A stretch of DNA of 26,339 bases from Candidatus Omnitrophota bacterium (lineage in GTDB: Bacteria > Omnitrophota > Gorgyraeia > JABMRG01 > JAFGKX01). Of this stretch, positions 1-7,192 are shown piece after piece (position 1 is the first letter of the stretch; each line of letters starts with the position of its first letter). The stretch lies in NCBI GenBank assembly GCA_016928375.1, contig JAFGKX010000138.1:1-26339 (forward strand), given 5' to 3'. The position numbers and the translations under genes were made by a program. The notes beneath the pieces were generated by a model that was given only the letters and a program-made list of their open reading frames with translations, had not been told where the DNA came from and did no database searches.

Positions 1-2
1 AG

Positions 3-1493
3 GCAACAAAGGATGCAGGAGAAATCGCCGGATTAAAAGTGCTGCGCATAATAAATGAGCCTACTGCCGCGTGCCTTGCGTACGGCCTGGAAAAATCCCA
101 GAAGGAACAAAAAATAATGGTTTTTGATTTGGGCGGCGGAACCCTGGATGTAACTATTATGGAAATGGCTCAGGGGGTATTCGAAGTAAAATCCACATCC
201 GGCGATACGCAATTGGGCGGCACAGATATGGATAATACCCTGATAGATTACATTGCAAATCAATTTAAGCGCGAGACAGGCGTTGACTTAAAAAACGATA
301 AAATGGCTATGCAGAGGCTGCGTGAAGCTGCGGAAAAAGCGAAAGTTGAACTGTCATCAACCCTGACAACGGATTTAAACCTGCCGTTTATTACCGCGGA
401 TTCTTCAGGCCCGAAACACCTGACCATGTCTTTGACGCGTGCAAAATTGGAAGACCTTATTTCGCCTATAATAGAAAAATGCCGCCACCCGATAGAGCAG
501 GCGCTCTCAGACGCAAAGCTCAAATCCTCGGATATAGACCGCGTTATTATGGTTGGCGGGCCGACGAGAATGCCGGTTGTCCAGAAATTCGTGGAAGATT
601 ATGTAGGAAAGAAAATTGAGCGCGGCGTAGACCCTATGGAATGCGTGGCAATGGGCGCAGCCATACAGGCCGCTATCATGAAAGGCGAAGCAAAGGATGT
701 TTTATTGCTTGATGTTACGCCGCTTTCACTCGGAATAGAAACACTCGGAAGCGTATTCACCAAATTAATAGAAAGAAATACCACTATACCTACTAAGAAA
801 AGCCAGATATTCTCAACAGCCGCGGATAACCAACCGGCAGTTACAGTACGCGTTCTGCAGGGTGAGAGGCAGATGGCCAATGATAATGTAGAGCTGGGAA
901 GGTTTGACCTGGTAGGCATACCGCCTGCGCCAAGAGGCATTCCGCAGATCGAAGTAAGTTTTGATATAGATGCCAACGGTATAGTGCACGTAACCGCAAA
1001 AGACTTAGGCACAGGCAAGGAGCAGTCCATACGCATAACAGCGCCTAAAAAACTTTCAAAAGAAGAAATAGAAAAAATGGTTAAAGAGGCTGAAAAATTT
1101 TCCGCTGAAGACACCAAGCGCAAGGAACAGGTCGAGATAGTAAATCAGGCAGATACCCTTGCTTACGCGACCGAGAAAGCGCTTAAAGAATACGGCGACA
1201 AAGTAAATCAATCGGAGCGCGCTGACATAGAAGCAAAGCTGAATGACTTAAAAAGCGCCATTAAAGATAACAACACCGACAGAGTCAAAAAATCTATGGA
1301 TGAGCTGACGAAAGCGTCGCATAAACTCGCGGAAGAAGTCTATAAGCAGGCGCAGGCAAAACAGCAGGGCCAGCAGGCACAAAGCGCGCCGGGGCAGGAG
1401 CAGGCTTCGGAAAATAAAAGCCAGAACACAGAAAAGCAAAAAGACAAAGATGACATTATCGACGCTGATTATAAAGTAGAAGATGATAAGTAA
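3..1493 (+). CDS. dnaK: Chaperone DnaK (Hsp70), 5'-truncated by the window edge
   Basis: The frame is open from base 3 ([23 protein letters not shown]), so the track's start at 39 is an internal GTG. Hsp70 motifs: [22 protein letters not shown]-equivalent [42 protein letters not shown]. Acidic tail [10 protein letters not shown]. Confidence 0.99.
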   Translation, partial: ATKDAGEIAGLKVLRIINEPTAACLAYGLEKSQKEQKIMVFDLGGGTLDVTIMEMAQGVFEVKSTSGDTQLGGTDMDNTLIDYIANQFKRETGVDLKNDKMAMQRLREAAEKAKVELSSTLTTDLNLPFITADSSGPKHLTMSLTRAKLEDLISPIIEKCRHPIEQALSDAKLKSSDIDRVIMVGGPTRMPVVQKFVEDYVGKKIERGVDPMECVAMGAAIQAAIMKGEAKDVLLLDVTPLSLGIETLGSVFTKLIERNTTIPTKKSQIFSTAADNQPAVTVRVLQGERQMANDNVELGRFDLVGIPPAPRGIPQIEVSFDIDANGIVHVTAKDLGTGKEQSIRITAPKKLSKEEIEKMVKEAEKFSAEDTKRKEQVEIVNQADTLAYATEKALKEYGDKVNQSERADIEAKLNDLKSAIKDNNTDRVKKSMDELTKASHKLAEEVYKQAQAKQQGQQAQSAPGQEQASENKSQNTEKQKDKDDIIDADYKVEDDK

Positions 1494-1505
1494 CCAATAA
1501 TTTTG

Positions 1506-1607
1506 TGCTGAGGGGCAGCATCGTTCATCAAGCGGGTGGAGCGCCCCACCGCCCGCAACGTTAGTGAGGACGGTGGGGCTGTTCAAAGACAGGGCCCGCA
1601 AGTGAAC
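1506..1607. repeat. Structured dnaK-dnaJ spacer with nested inverted repeats
   Basis: Perfect 9-bp stem GCCCCACCG (1543-1551) / CGGTGGGGC (1571-1579). It is enclosed by GCGGG (1532-1536) / CCCGC (1595-1599) and GTTCA (1523-1527) / TGAAC (1603-1607). A separate small hairpin TGCTG-agggg-CAGCA lies at 1506-1520. Confidence 0.7.
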
Positions 1608-1637
1608 CAGAAAAACCCCAAGGTCGGTATAAACATT

Positions 1638-2801
1638 ATGTCAACTAAACGTGATTACTACGAAATATTAGGCGTTAAAAAAAACGCCAGCCTTGATGAA
1701 ATAAAAAAGGCTTATCGCCAGCTTGCCATGCAGTATCATCCGGACAGGGTGCCGCAGGAGCAGAAAAAAGCTGCGGAGGAAAAATTCAAAGAAATTTCCG
1801 AGGCGTACGCTGTTTTATCCGATGCGCAGAAAAGAGCCCTCTATGACCAGTATGGGCACTCCGGAATAGACCAGAAATACGCATATGAGGATATATTCAA
1901 GGGCGCTGATTTTAACAGCGCTTTTGAAGGCATGGGCGATTTTGGATTCGGCGGAAGCTTGTTTGAGGATATTTTTAGCGATCTCGGTTTTGATATATTC
2001 GGTACGCGGACGCGTTCGCGTTCAAGAACCAAAAGGGGCAGCGATTTACAGGTTGCAGTCGATATTACCCTGGAAGAAGCTGCTGCGGGCGTGGAAAAAA
2101 CAATCACGCTACCGCGTTATGAACCGTGCTCCGTATGTTCTGGGAGCGGCGCGAAACCTGGTACAAAAAAACTCAGCTGTCCGCAATGCAGGGGTTCCGG
2201 GCGCGTTGTAATATCAAGCGGTTTTTTTCAGATGGCTCAGACCTGTCCGAAATGCCGCGGAGAAGGCGCTGTAATACAAACTCCATGCACCCAATGCCGC
2301 GGAGAAGGCAGGGTGAAAGTAACCAGAAAAATTAAAGTGCAAATTCCGCCGGGCGTTGATTCAGGCTCAAACTTAAGAGTGCACGGAGAAGGCGAGGCGG
2401 GAACCGCAGGCAGGGGCAATTTATATGTTGTTATCGAGGTTATGCCGCATTCGGTGTTCGAAAGGCATAATAATGATTTATTGACGCGCATAGAAATAAG
2501 CATAAGCAAGGCGATACTGGGAGCGGAAGTAGAAGTGCCTACGCTAGCTGATGGAAAAGTAATTATGAAAATACCTCCGGGCACGCAAAGTAACAGGATA
2601 TTCCGGTTAAAAAGCAAAGGTATGCCGGATCTGCATAGCAGAAGGGCCCTTGGCGATGAACTTGTCAGGGTGAATGTCAAGATTCCCGATAATTTAAGCA
2701 ACGAACAAAAGCGCTTAATAGAGGAATTCGCCAGGGTTTCGGGTGAGCAAATAAATTCAAAATCAGGTTTTGCGGATAAAATAAAAAAAGCATTTAAATA
2801 A
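1638..2801 (+). CDS. dnaJ: Chaperone DnaJ (class A), 387 aa
   Basis: J-domain starting [13 protein letters not shown] with HPD motif, G/F-rich linker, four CxxCxGxG repeats and C-terminal substrate-binding domains. Start moved from 1536 to ATG 1638 because the extra 34 codons merely translate the palindromic spacer. Confidence 0.98.
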   Translation: MSTKRDYYEILGVKKNASLDEIKKAYRQLAMQYHPDRVPQEQKKAAEEKFKEISEAYAVLSDAQKRALYDQYGHSGIDQKYAYEDIFKGADFNSAFEGMGDFGFGGSLFEDIFSDLGFDIFGTRTRSRSRTKRGSDLQVAVDITLEEAAAGVEKTITLPRYEPCSVCSGSGAKPGTKKLSCPQCRGSGRVVISSGFFQMAQTCPKCRGEGAVIQTPCTQCRGEGRVKVTRKIKVQIPPGVDSGSNLRVHGEGEAGTAGRGNLYVVIEVMPHSVFERHNNDLLTRIEISISKAILGAEVEVPTLADGKVIMKIPPGTQSNRIFRLKSKGMPDLHSRRALGDELVRVNVKIPDNLSNEQKRLIEEFARVSGEQINSKSGFADKIKKAFK

Positions 2802-2811
2802 AAGTAGCAAT

Positions 2812-3108
2812 ATGCCGACATACGAATACAGATGCGATAAATGCAAAAAAACATTCGAGGTTTTCCAAAGCATAAAAGCAAAACCCATAAATAAATGCCC
2901 TGCCTGCTCTTCGCCGGTTAGAAAGCTTATCAGCGCGGGAGGCGGTATTTTATTCAAAGGTTCAGGTTTTTATACAACAGATTATCGAAGCAAACAATAT
3001 AAGGAAAAGCAAAGCAAGGAAAAATCCGGCAGTATAACCTGTCCAAAAACAGGCCTGCCTGCCGATAGGCATGGAAAATCCGCGGATTGCTCATCATGCA
3101 AAGGATAA
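2812..3108 (+). CDS. FmdB-family zinc-ribbon protein (putative regulator) with Cys-containing C-terminal tail
   Basis: MPTYEYRCxxC...CPAC zinc ribbon followed by the family-typical FKGSGFYTTDY segment. Confidence 0.9.
   Translation: MPTYEYRCDKCKKTFEVFQSIKAKPINKCPACSSPVRKLISAGGGILFKGSGFYTTDYRSKQYKEKQSKEKSGSITCPKTGLPADRHGKSADCSSCKG
3054..3074. repeat. 21-nt palindromic element, in-frame within the FmdB-family gene
   Basis: CCTGCCTGCCGATAGGCATGG. The first 11 nt are identical to the intergenic copy at 6014-6034. Both derive from the perfect palindrome CCTGCCTGCCGGCAGGCAGG. Confidence 0.75.
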
Positions 3109-3111
3109 AAA

Positions 3112-4395
3112 ATGGCAAAAATAGCACCTTTTAGCGGAGTAAGATTTAATACCAAAATAACAGGCAGTTTAGCGAAAATAGTGTGCCCGCCTTATGATAT
3201 TATCAATAAGCAGCAAAGAACCGCATTCATGAAGCAATCTAAGTATAATGCGGTTTATATAGAACTCCCGCAGGGAACAAATAACCACGAAAGGCACAGA
3301 AGGGCAAAACAGCTGATTGACAAGTGGCTTGATGATAACATTTTAAATTGGGACGAAAAACCGTCTTTATATATTTATACGCAGGAATTTAAAATAGGCA
3401 AGGCCCTGAAGAAAAGGCTTGGGTTTATTTCTTTGCTTGAAATAGAAAGCGATAAAAAAATACTGCCGCATGAAAAGATATTTAATAAATTCAAATTCGA
3501 AAGATTCAATCTTATGAAAGAAACCAAAGCCCACATAAGCCCGATATTCTGTATATTTGATGATAACGGCAAAAAAGCAGAGAGCGCTATTTTAAAAGCG
3601 CTTAGCAGTAAAAAGCCGGTATCGGATATCTGCGTAGACGGAATAAGGGAAAAGCTATGGAAAATAGATGACGTAAAATTTATAAATAATCTTAAAAATA
3701 TTATGAACAATAAAAAAGCCTTTATTGCCGACGGGCACCACCGCTTTCAGGCATCCGCGCGTTTAAGGGATTACATGAAACAGAAGTGCGGCCCTTTAAG
3801 CAAAAAACAGCCATACGATTACACTCTTTGTTATTTCGTTAGTATGCAGGATAAGGGCCTTGTTGTGCTGCCCACTCACAGGGCTGTAAAAAATATTCCT
3901 TCCGGGATTACAAAATCTGTGCTTGTAAAAAAAATGTCGCAGTATTTTAACGTTTTCATAGCGCGTAGTAAAGATGAATTAGTAAGCAAAATGGAAACAA
4001 CGTTTAAAGCCAGGCGGCATGCGTTTGGATTCTTTTTCGAAAACAGGTATATATTGGCAGTGCTCAAAAATGAAAGCATCATAAAAAATATAGGCGCAGA
4101 TGAAAATTGCCTTGCCTGGAAAAAACTCGATGTTTCGATACTCCATTATTTTATACTCCCAAAAATCCTTAAAATAAAAGAAAAATTTAAAGGCAGCCGC
4201 AATATCTATTACTATAAAGGCAAGACCGAAGCTATAAAGAGAGTGAAGGCAAAAGAGTTTAAAATGGCGATATTTCTTAACCCTACCAGAATAGAAGAAG
4301 TGTCGCAGGTAGCTAAAGCCGGCAATAAAATGCCTCATAAATCCACCTATTTCTATCCCAAATCCACCACAGGCCTTGTGATACATAAGTTCTAG
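3112..4395 (+). CDS. DUF1015 family protein (ParB/Srx-like nucleotide-binding motif)
   Basis: N-terminal APFxGVRF...CPPYDII, ILPHEK, FIADGHHR motif and C-terminal MPHKSTYFYPK are characteristic of DUF1015. Confidence 0.88.
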   Translation: MAKIAPFSGVRFNTKITGSLAKIVCPPYDIINKQQRTAFMKQSKYNAVYIELPQGTNNHERHRRAKQLIDKWLDDNILNWDEKPSLYIYTQEFKIGKALKKRLGFISLLEIESDKKILPHEKIFNKFKFERFNLMKETKAHISPIFCIFDDNGKKAESAILKALSSKKPVSDICVDGIREKLWKIDDVKFINNLKNIMNNKKAFIADGHHRFQASARLRDYMKQKCGPLSKKQPYDYTLCYFVSMQDKGLVVLPTHRAVKNIPSGITKSVLVKKMSQYFNVFIARSKDELVSKMETTFKARRHAFGFFFENRYILAVLKNESIIKNIGADENCLAWKKLDVSILHYFILPKILKIKEKFKGSRNIYYYKGKTEAIKRVKAKEFKMAIFLNPTRIEEVSQVAKAGNKMPHKSTYFYPKSTTGLVIHKF

Positions 4396-4400
4396 CTGTC

Positions 4401-4442
4401 GGCAGGAATTCCGTTCTTTTTTCTCTTGATTATATTCCTGCC
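4401..4442. repeat. 9-bp perfect inverted repeat with 24-nt spacer (possible terminator or operator)
   Basis: GGCAGGAAT (4401-4409) / ATTCCTGCC (4434-4442), followed by TTTATGTT. It starts 6 nt after the DUF1015 stop codon. Confidence 0.6.
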
Positions 4443-4455
4443 TTTATGTTATTAT
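4426..4455 (+). promoter_or_regulatory. Putative sigma70 promoter with extended -10
   Basis: TTGATT (4426-4431), an 18-nt spacer, then TG-n-TATTAT (TG 4447-4448, hexamer 4450-4455), 25 nt upstream of ATG 4481. A second TATAAT lies at 4471-4476. Confidence 0.55.
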
Positions 4456-4480
4456 ATGCCTTACACTAAATATAATATAT

Positions 4481-5122
4481 ATGATTGAAGCCGTTTATGA
4501 TAATATAAAGAAGGCAATATTTGCCGGAAACATTCCTGAAATTCCCACCCTGGTACGCCAGGCCTTATCAGATAAAGCTTCACCGGAAGACATATTAAAT
4601 AAAGGCCTTATTGCGGGTATGGCAGTTGTGGGTGAGAAGTTCAAGGCCAATGAGATATATGTCCCGGAAGTGCTTATTTCCGCAAAGGCTATGCACGCCG
4701 GCCTGGATGTATTAAAGCCATTTCTGGAAAAAGCCGGAGTTGCCTCAAAAGGAAACATTGTAATAGGTACTGTCAAGGGAGACCTGCACGATATAGGGAA
4801 AAACCTTGTATCTATGATGTTTAAAGGCGCGGGTTTTTCTGTAACAGACTTGGGTATAGATGTTCCGCCTGAAAAGTTTATAGATGAAGCTGTCAGGAGC
4901 AAAGCGCAGGTCATGGCGATGTCAAGCCTTCTTACCACTTCCATGCCTTCCATGAAAGCGACAATGGACCTGCTGAAAAAAAGAGGCCTTGTTGGTAAAA
5001 TAAAAACAATAATCGGCGGCGCTCCGGTAACACAGAAATACGCCGATGAAATACAAGCAGACGGATATGCGGACAACGCTTCCTCTGCCGTAGATAAAGC
5101 AAAGGAGTTGTTGGGATTGTAA
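4481..5122 (+). CDS. Stand-alone cobalamin-binding corrinoid protein (MtaC/MttC/MetH B12 module type)
   Basis: Four-helix cap domain (LIAGMAVVGEKF...YVPEVL). Base-off/His-on motif GDLHDIGKN (DxHxxG), followed by SSLLTT and IIGGAPV. Confidence 0.93.
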   Translation: MIEAVYDNIKKAIFAGNIPEIPTLVRQALSDKASPEDILNKGLIAGMAVVGEKFKANEIYVPEVLISAKAMHAGLDVLKPFLEKAGVASKGNIVIGTVKGDLHDIGKNLVSMMFKGAGFSVTDLGIDVPPEKFIDEAVRSKAQVMAMSSLLTTSMPSMKATMDLLKKRGLVGKIKTIIGGAPVTQKYADEIQADGYADNASSAVDKAKELLGL

Positions 5123-5979
5123 TGGCTATATTCGGAAAACCTAAATACACGATAGTAAAGCCTAAAAAATTCAAGCAGCAGAGGAAAAAAGATATACCGG
5201 ACGGCCTATGGACAAAGTGCGAAGACTGCGGCGAAATAATCTACAATAAAACTCTTGAAGAAAATCTCAAAGTCTGCCCTAAGTGCAATTACCATTTTAT
5301 AATAAACGCCTATGACCGCGTAGCCATGCTTACGGATAAAGGCACTTTCAATGAACTGGACAAGGATATGTCTTCAGGCGATCCGCTTGAATTTGCAGGG
5401 CCTAAGACTTATAAAGAAAAGATAAAACAAGACCAGGAAATAACCGGTATGAAAGAAGCCGCGATATACGGCACAGGGGAAATAGACGGTAAAAAAATAG
5501 TTTTGGTAGTGACTGATTCCAGGTTTATCATGGGTTCTATGGGTTCGGTAGTAGGCGAGAAAATAACCAGGGCTATTGAACTGGCCACAGAAAAGAAAAT
5601 ACCGGTTATCATCGTATCCGGCTCCGGCGGCGGCGCCCGTATGTATGAGGGCATATTTTCCCTTATGCAGATGGCCAAAACTTCTGCCGCACTGTCAAAA
5701 TTAAATAAAAGCGGCAATATGTTCATATCCGTGCTTACGCATCCTACAATGGCAGGTATTCTGGCAAGTTTCGCGTCCTTAGGCGATATCATTATGGCAG
5801 AGCCTAAGGCGCTAATAGGTTTTACAGGGCCGAGGGTAATAGAGCAGACCATAAAGCAGAAACTGCCTGAAGGGTTTCAGCGTTCGGAATTTTTGCTTGA
5901 ACACGGTTTAATAGATATGATTGTTCCTAGGATTCACATGAAAGAAACAATATCCAAACTTATCGGATATTTAGCGTAG
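5122..5979 (+). CDS. accD: Acetyl-CoA carboxylase carboxyltransferase beta subunit
   Basis: GLWTKCxxC-x15-CPKC zinc finger, FIMGSMGSVVGEKI, SGGGARMYEG, IGFTGPRVIEQT, FQRSEFLLEHG. TAATG overlap with the upstream gene. Confidence 0.97.
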   Translation: MAIFGKPKYTIVKPKKFKQQRKKDIPDGLWTKCEDCGEIIYNKTLEENLKVCPKCNYHFIINAYDRVAMLTDKGTFNELDKDMSSGDPLEFAGPKTYKEKIKQDQEITGMKEAAIYGTGEIDGKKIVLVVTDSRFIMGSMGSVVGEKITRAIELATEKKIPVIIVSGSGGGARMYEGIFSLMQMAKTSAALSKLNKSGNMFISVLTHPTMAGILASFASLGDIIMAEPKALIGFTGPRVIEQTIKQKLPEGFQRSEFLLEHGLIDMIVPRIHMKETISKLIGYLA

Positions 5980-5980
5980 C

Positions 5981-6053
5981 CCCTCGCTAATAATAAGTCC
6001 TCGCACTTGCTCGCCTGCCTGCCGGCAAGGCAGGGACTTAAGTAATGCTCGGG
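5981..6053. repeat. Three-layer nested palindromic element
   Basis: Outer arms CCC-TC-GC (5981-5987) / GC-TC-GGG (6047-6053). Inner TAAGTCC-TC-GC-actt-GC-TC-G...GGACTTA (5994-6040). A 21-nt palindrome sits in the inner right arm. Confidence 0.7.
6014..6034. repeat. 21-nt near-perfect palindrome (CCTGCC family)
   Basis: CCTGCCTGCCGGCAAGGCAGG, which is the perfect 20-nt palindrome plus one extra A. Confidence 0.85.
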
Positions 6054-6054
6054 A

Positions 6055-6077
6055 CAAAATTTGTAAAACAAATTTTG
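6055..6077. promoter_or_regulatory. AT-rich perfect inverted repeat abutting the ribosome-binding site (operator-like)
   Basis: CAAAATTTGT-aaa-ACAAATTTTG. Its last base is the first G of the Shine-Dalgarno GGAGG (6077-6081) of the ABC ATPase gene. Confidence 0.5.
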
Positions 6078-6088
6078 GAGGCTTAAAA

Positions 6089-7192
6089 ATGGCACAGGTT
6101 AGCTTGCGTAACGTTAGCAAGATGTTTACGCCGAATTCATACGCGGTAAAAGATTTTAATCTCGGCATAGAAAACAAAGAATTTCTTGTCCTGGTAGGGC
6201 CTTCCGGATGCGGAAAATCCACGACGCTTAGGATGATAGCGGGGTTAGAAGAAATTTCTTCGGGAGAGATTTATATAGGCGACAGGTTAGTGAACGATAT
6301 TCCCCCAAAGGACAGAAACATTGCCATGGTATTCCAGAATTACGCGCTTTATCCGCATATGACTGTTTACGAGAATATGGCATTCGGGCTTAAATTAAGA
6401 AGATTGCCTAAACAGGAAATAGATCAGAGGGTAAGAGACGCTGCCGAGGTGCTTAGTATTACCAAGCACCTTAATAAGCGCCCGAAAGAACTCTCCGGAG
6501 GCGAAAGGCAAAGGGTCGCGGTTGGAAGAGCCATAGTCAGAAAGCCTCTGGTGTTTTTATTTGATGAGCCTTTAAGCAACCTGGATGCAAAAATGCGCGT
6601 TCAGATGAGAACAGAGATCAACAAGCTTCATATAAAACTTCAGACAACCATGATATACGTAACACACGACCAGGTAGAGGCCATGACCATGGGCACCAGG
6701 ATAGTTGTTATGAAGGACGGTATAATACAACAGATAGACGACCCGATAACTCTTTACGATAATCCCACCAACAAATTCGTAGCAGGATTTATAGGCTCTC
6801 CGCCGATGAATTTCATGAACGGGCTGCTGATAAAGAAAGACGGAAAATTCCATTTTAATGAAGGCAATTTTTCTGTCAGGGTAAACGATGATATGAGGGA
6901 TAGCCTTGCCCCGCATCTGGACAAAGAAGTTATTTTCGGAATAAGGCCCGAAGATATATATGACAGGTTGTTTGCCCAGGGCGCTTCCGAAGATAACGTA
7001 ATCACCTCCACCTGTGAAGTATATGAACCCATGGGCGCGGAGGTATTCTTACACCTTAACAGCGGTAAACACACGTTTATCGCGAGAGTAGGCGGCCACG
7101 ACAGGCCTGCTGTCAATCAGGACCTTGAGATGGTGCTCAACATGAGTAAAGCTCATTTCTTCAATGCTAAAACAGAAAAGGTAATCATATAA
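6089..7192 (+). CDS. Carbohydrate ABC importer ATP-binding subunit (MalK/UgpC/MsmX family)
   Basis: Walker A GPSGCGKST, VFQNYALYPHMTV, signature LSGGERQRVA, Walker B FLFDEPLSNLD, H-loop YVTHDQ, FVAGFIGSPPMNF and C-terminal TOBE region. SD GGAGG at 6077-6081. Confidence 0.96.
   Translation: MAQVSLRNVSKMFTPNSYAVKDFNLGIENKEFLVLVGPSGCGKSTTLRMIAGLEEISSGEIYIGDRLVNDIPPKDRNIAMVFQNYALYPHMTVYENMAFGLKLRRLPKQEIDQRVRDAAEVLSITKHLNKRPKELSGGERQRVAVGRAIVRKPLVFLFDEPLSNLDAKMRVQMRTEINKLHIKLQTTMIYVTHDQVEAMTMGTRIVVMKDGIIQQIDDPITLYDNPTNKFVAGFIGSPPMNFMNGLLIKKDGKFHFNEGNFSVRVNDDMRDSLAPHLDKEVIFGIRPEDIYDRLFAQGASEDNVITSTCEVYEPMGAEVFLHLNSGKHTFIARVGGHDRPAVNQDLEMVLNMSKAHFFNAKTEKVII

Noticed and set aside
599-1123. Long antisense ORFs over dnaK (also 2237-2881, 4495-5076, 13225-13824 and other minus-strand ORFs)
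   Set aside because: They are shadows of well-supported + strand genes, with no recognisable motifs or ribosome-binding sites. Antisense open frames over dnaK are a known artefact.
1524-1630. Resemblance to a SAM-I riboswitch (ATCAAG..GGTGGAG..GGCCC..TGAACC) or SRP RNA domain IV (CAGG...)
   Set aside because: The SAM-I GCAACC/GGTGC P3 elements and the closing GAT of P1 are missing. The SRP GNRA-capped CAGG/AGCA loop does not form. The dnaJ context fits neither. An Rfam scan would settle it.
1536-1637. 34-codon N-terminal extension of DnaJ in the ORF track
   Set aside because: It starts at a GTG inside the palindromic spacer and has no J-protein similarity. The canonical MSTKRDYYE start is at 1638.
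1494-1637. CIRCE heat-shock operator
   Set aside because: No TTAGCACTC-N9-GAGTGCTAA match. It would be expected upstream of the operon, outside the window.
2004-2030. Hexamer-like tandem encoding TRTRSRSR in DnaJ
   Set aside because: Ordinary low-complexity linker after the G/F region.
2251-2309. 17-nt direct repeat AATGCCGCGGAGAAGGC (2251-2267 and 2293-2309)
   Set aside because: Explained by two DnaJ zinc-finger repeats both encoding CRGEG.
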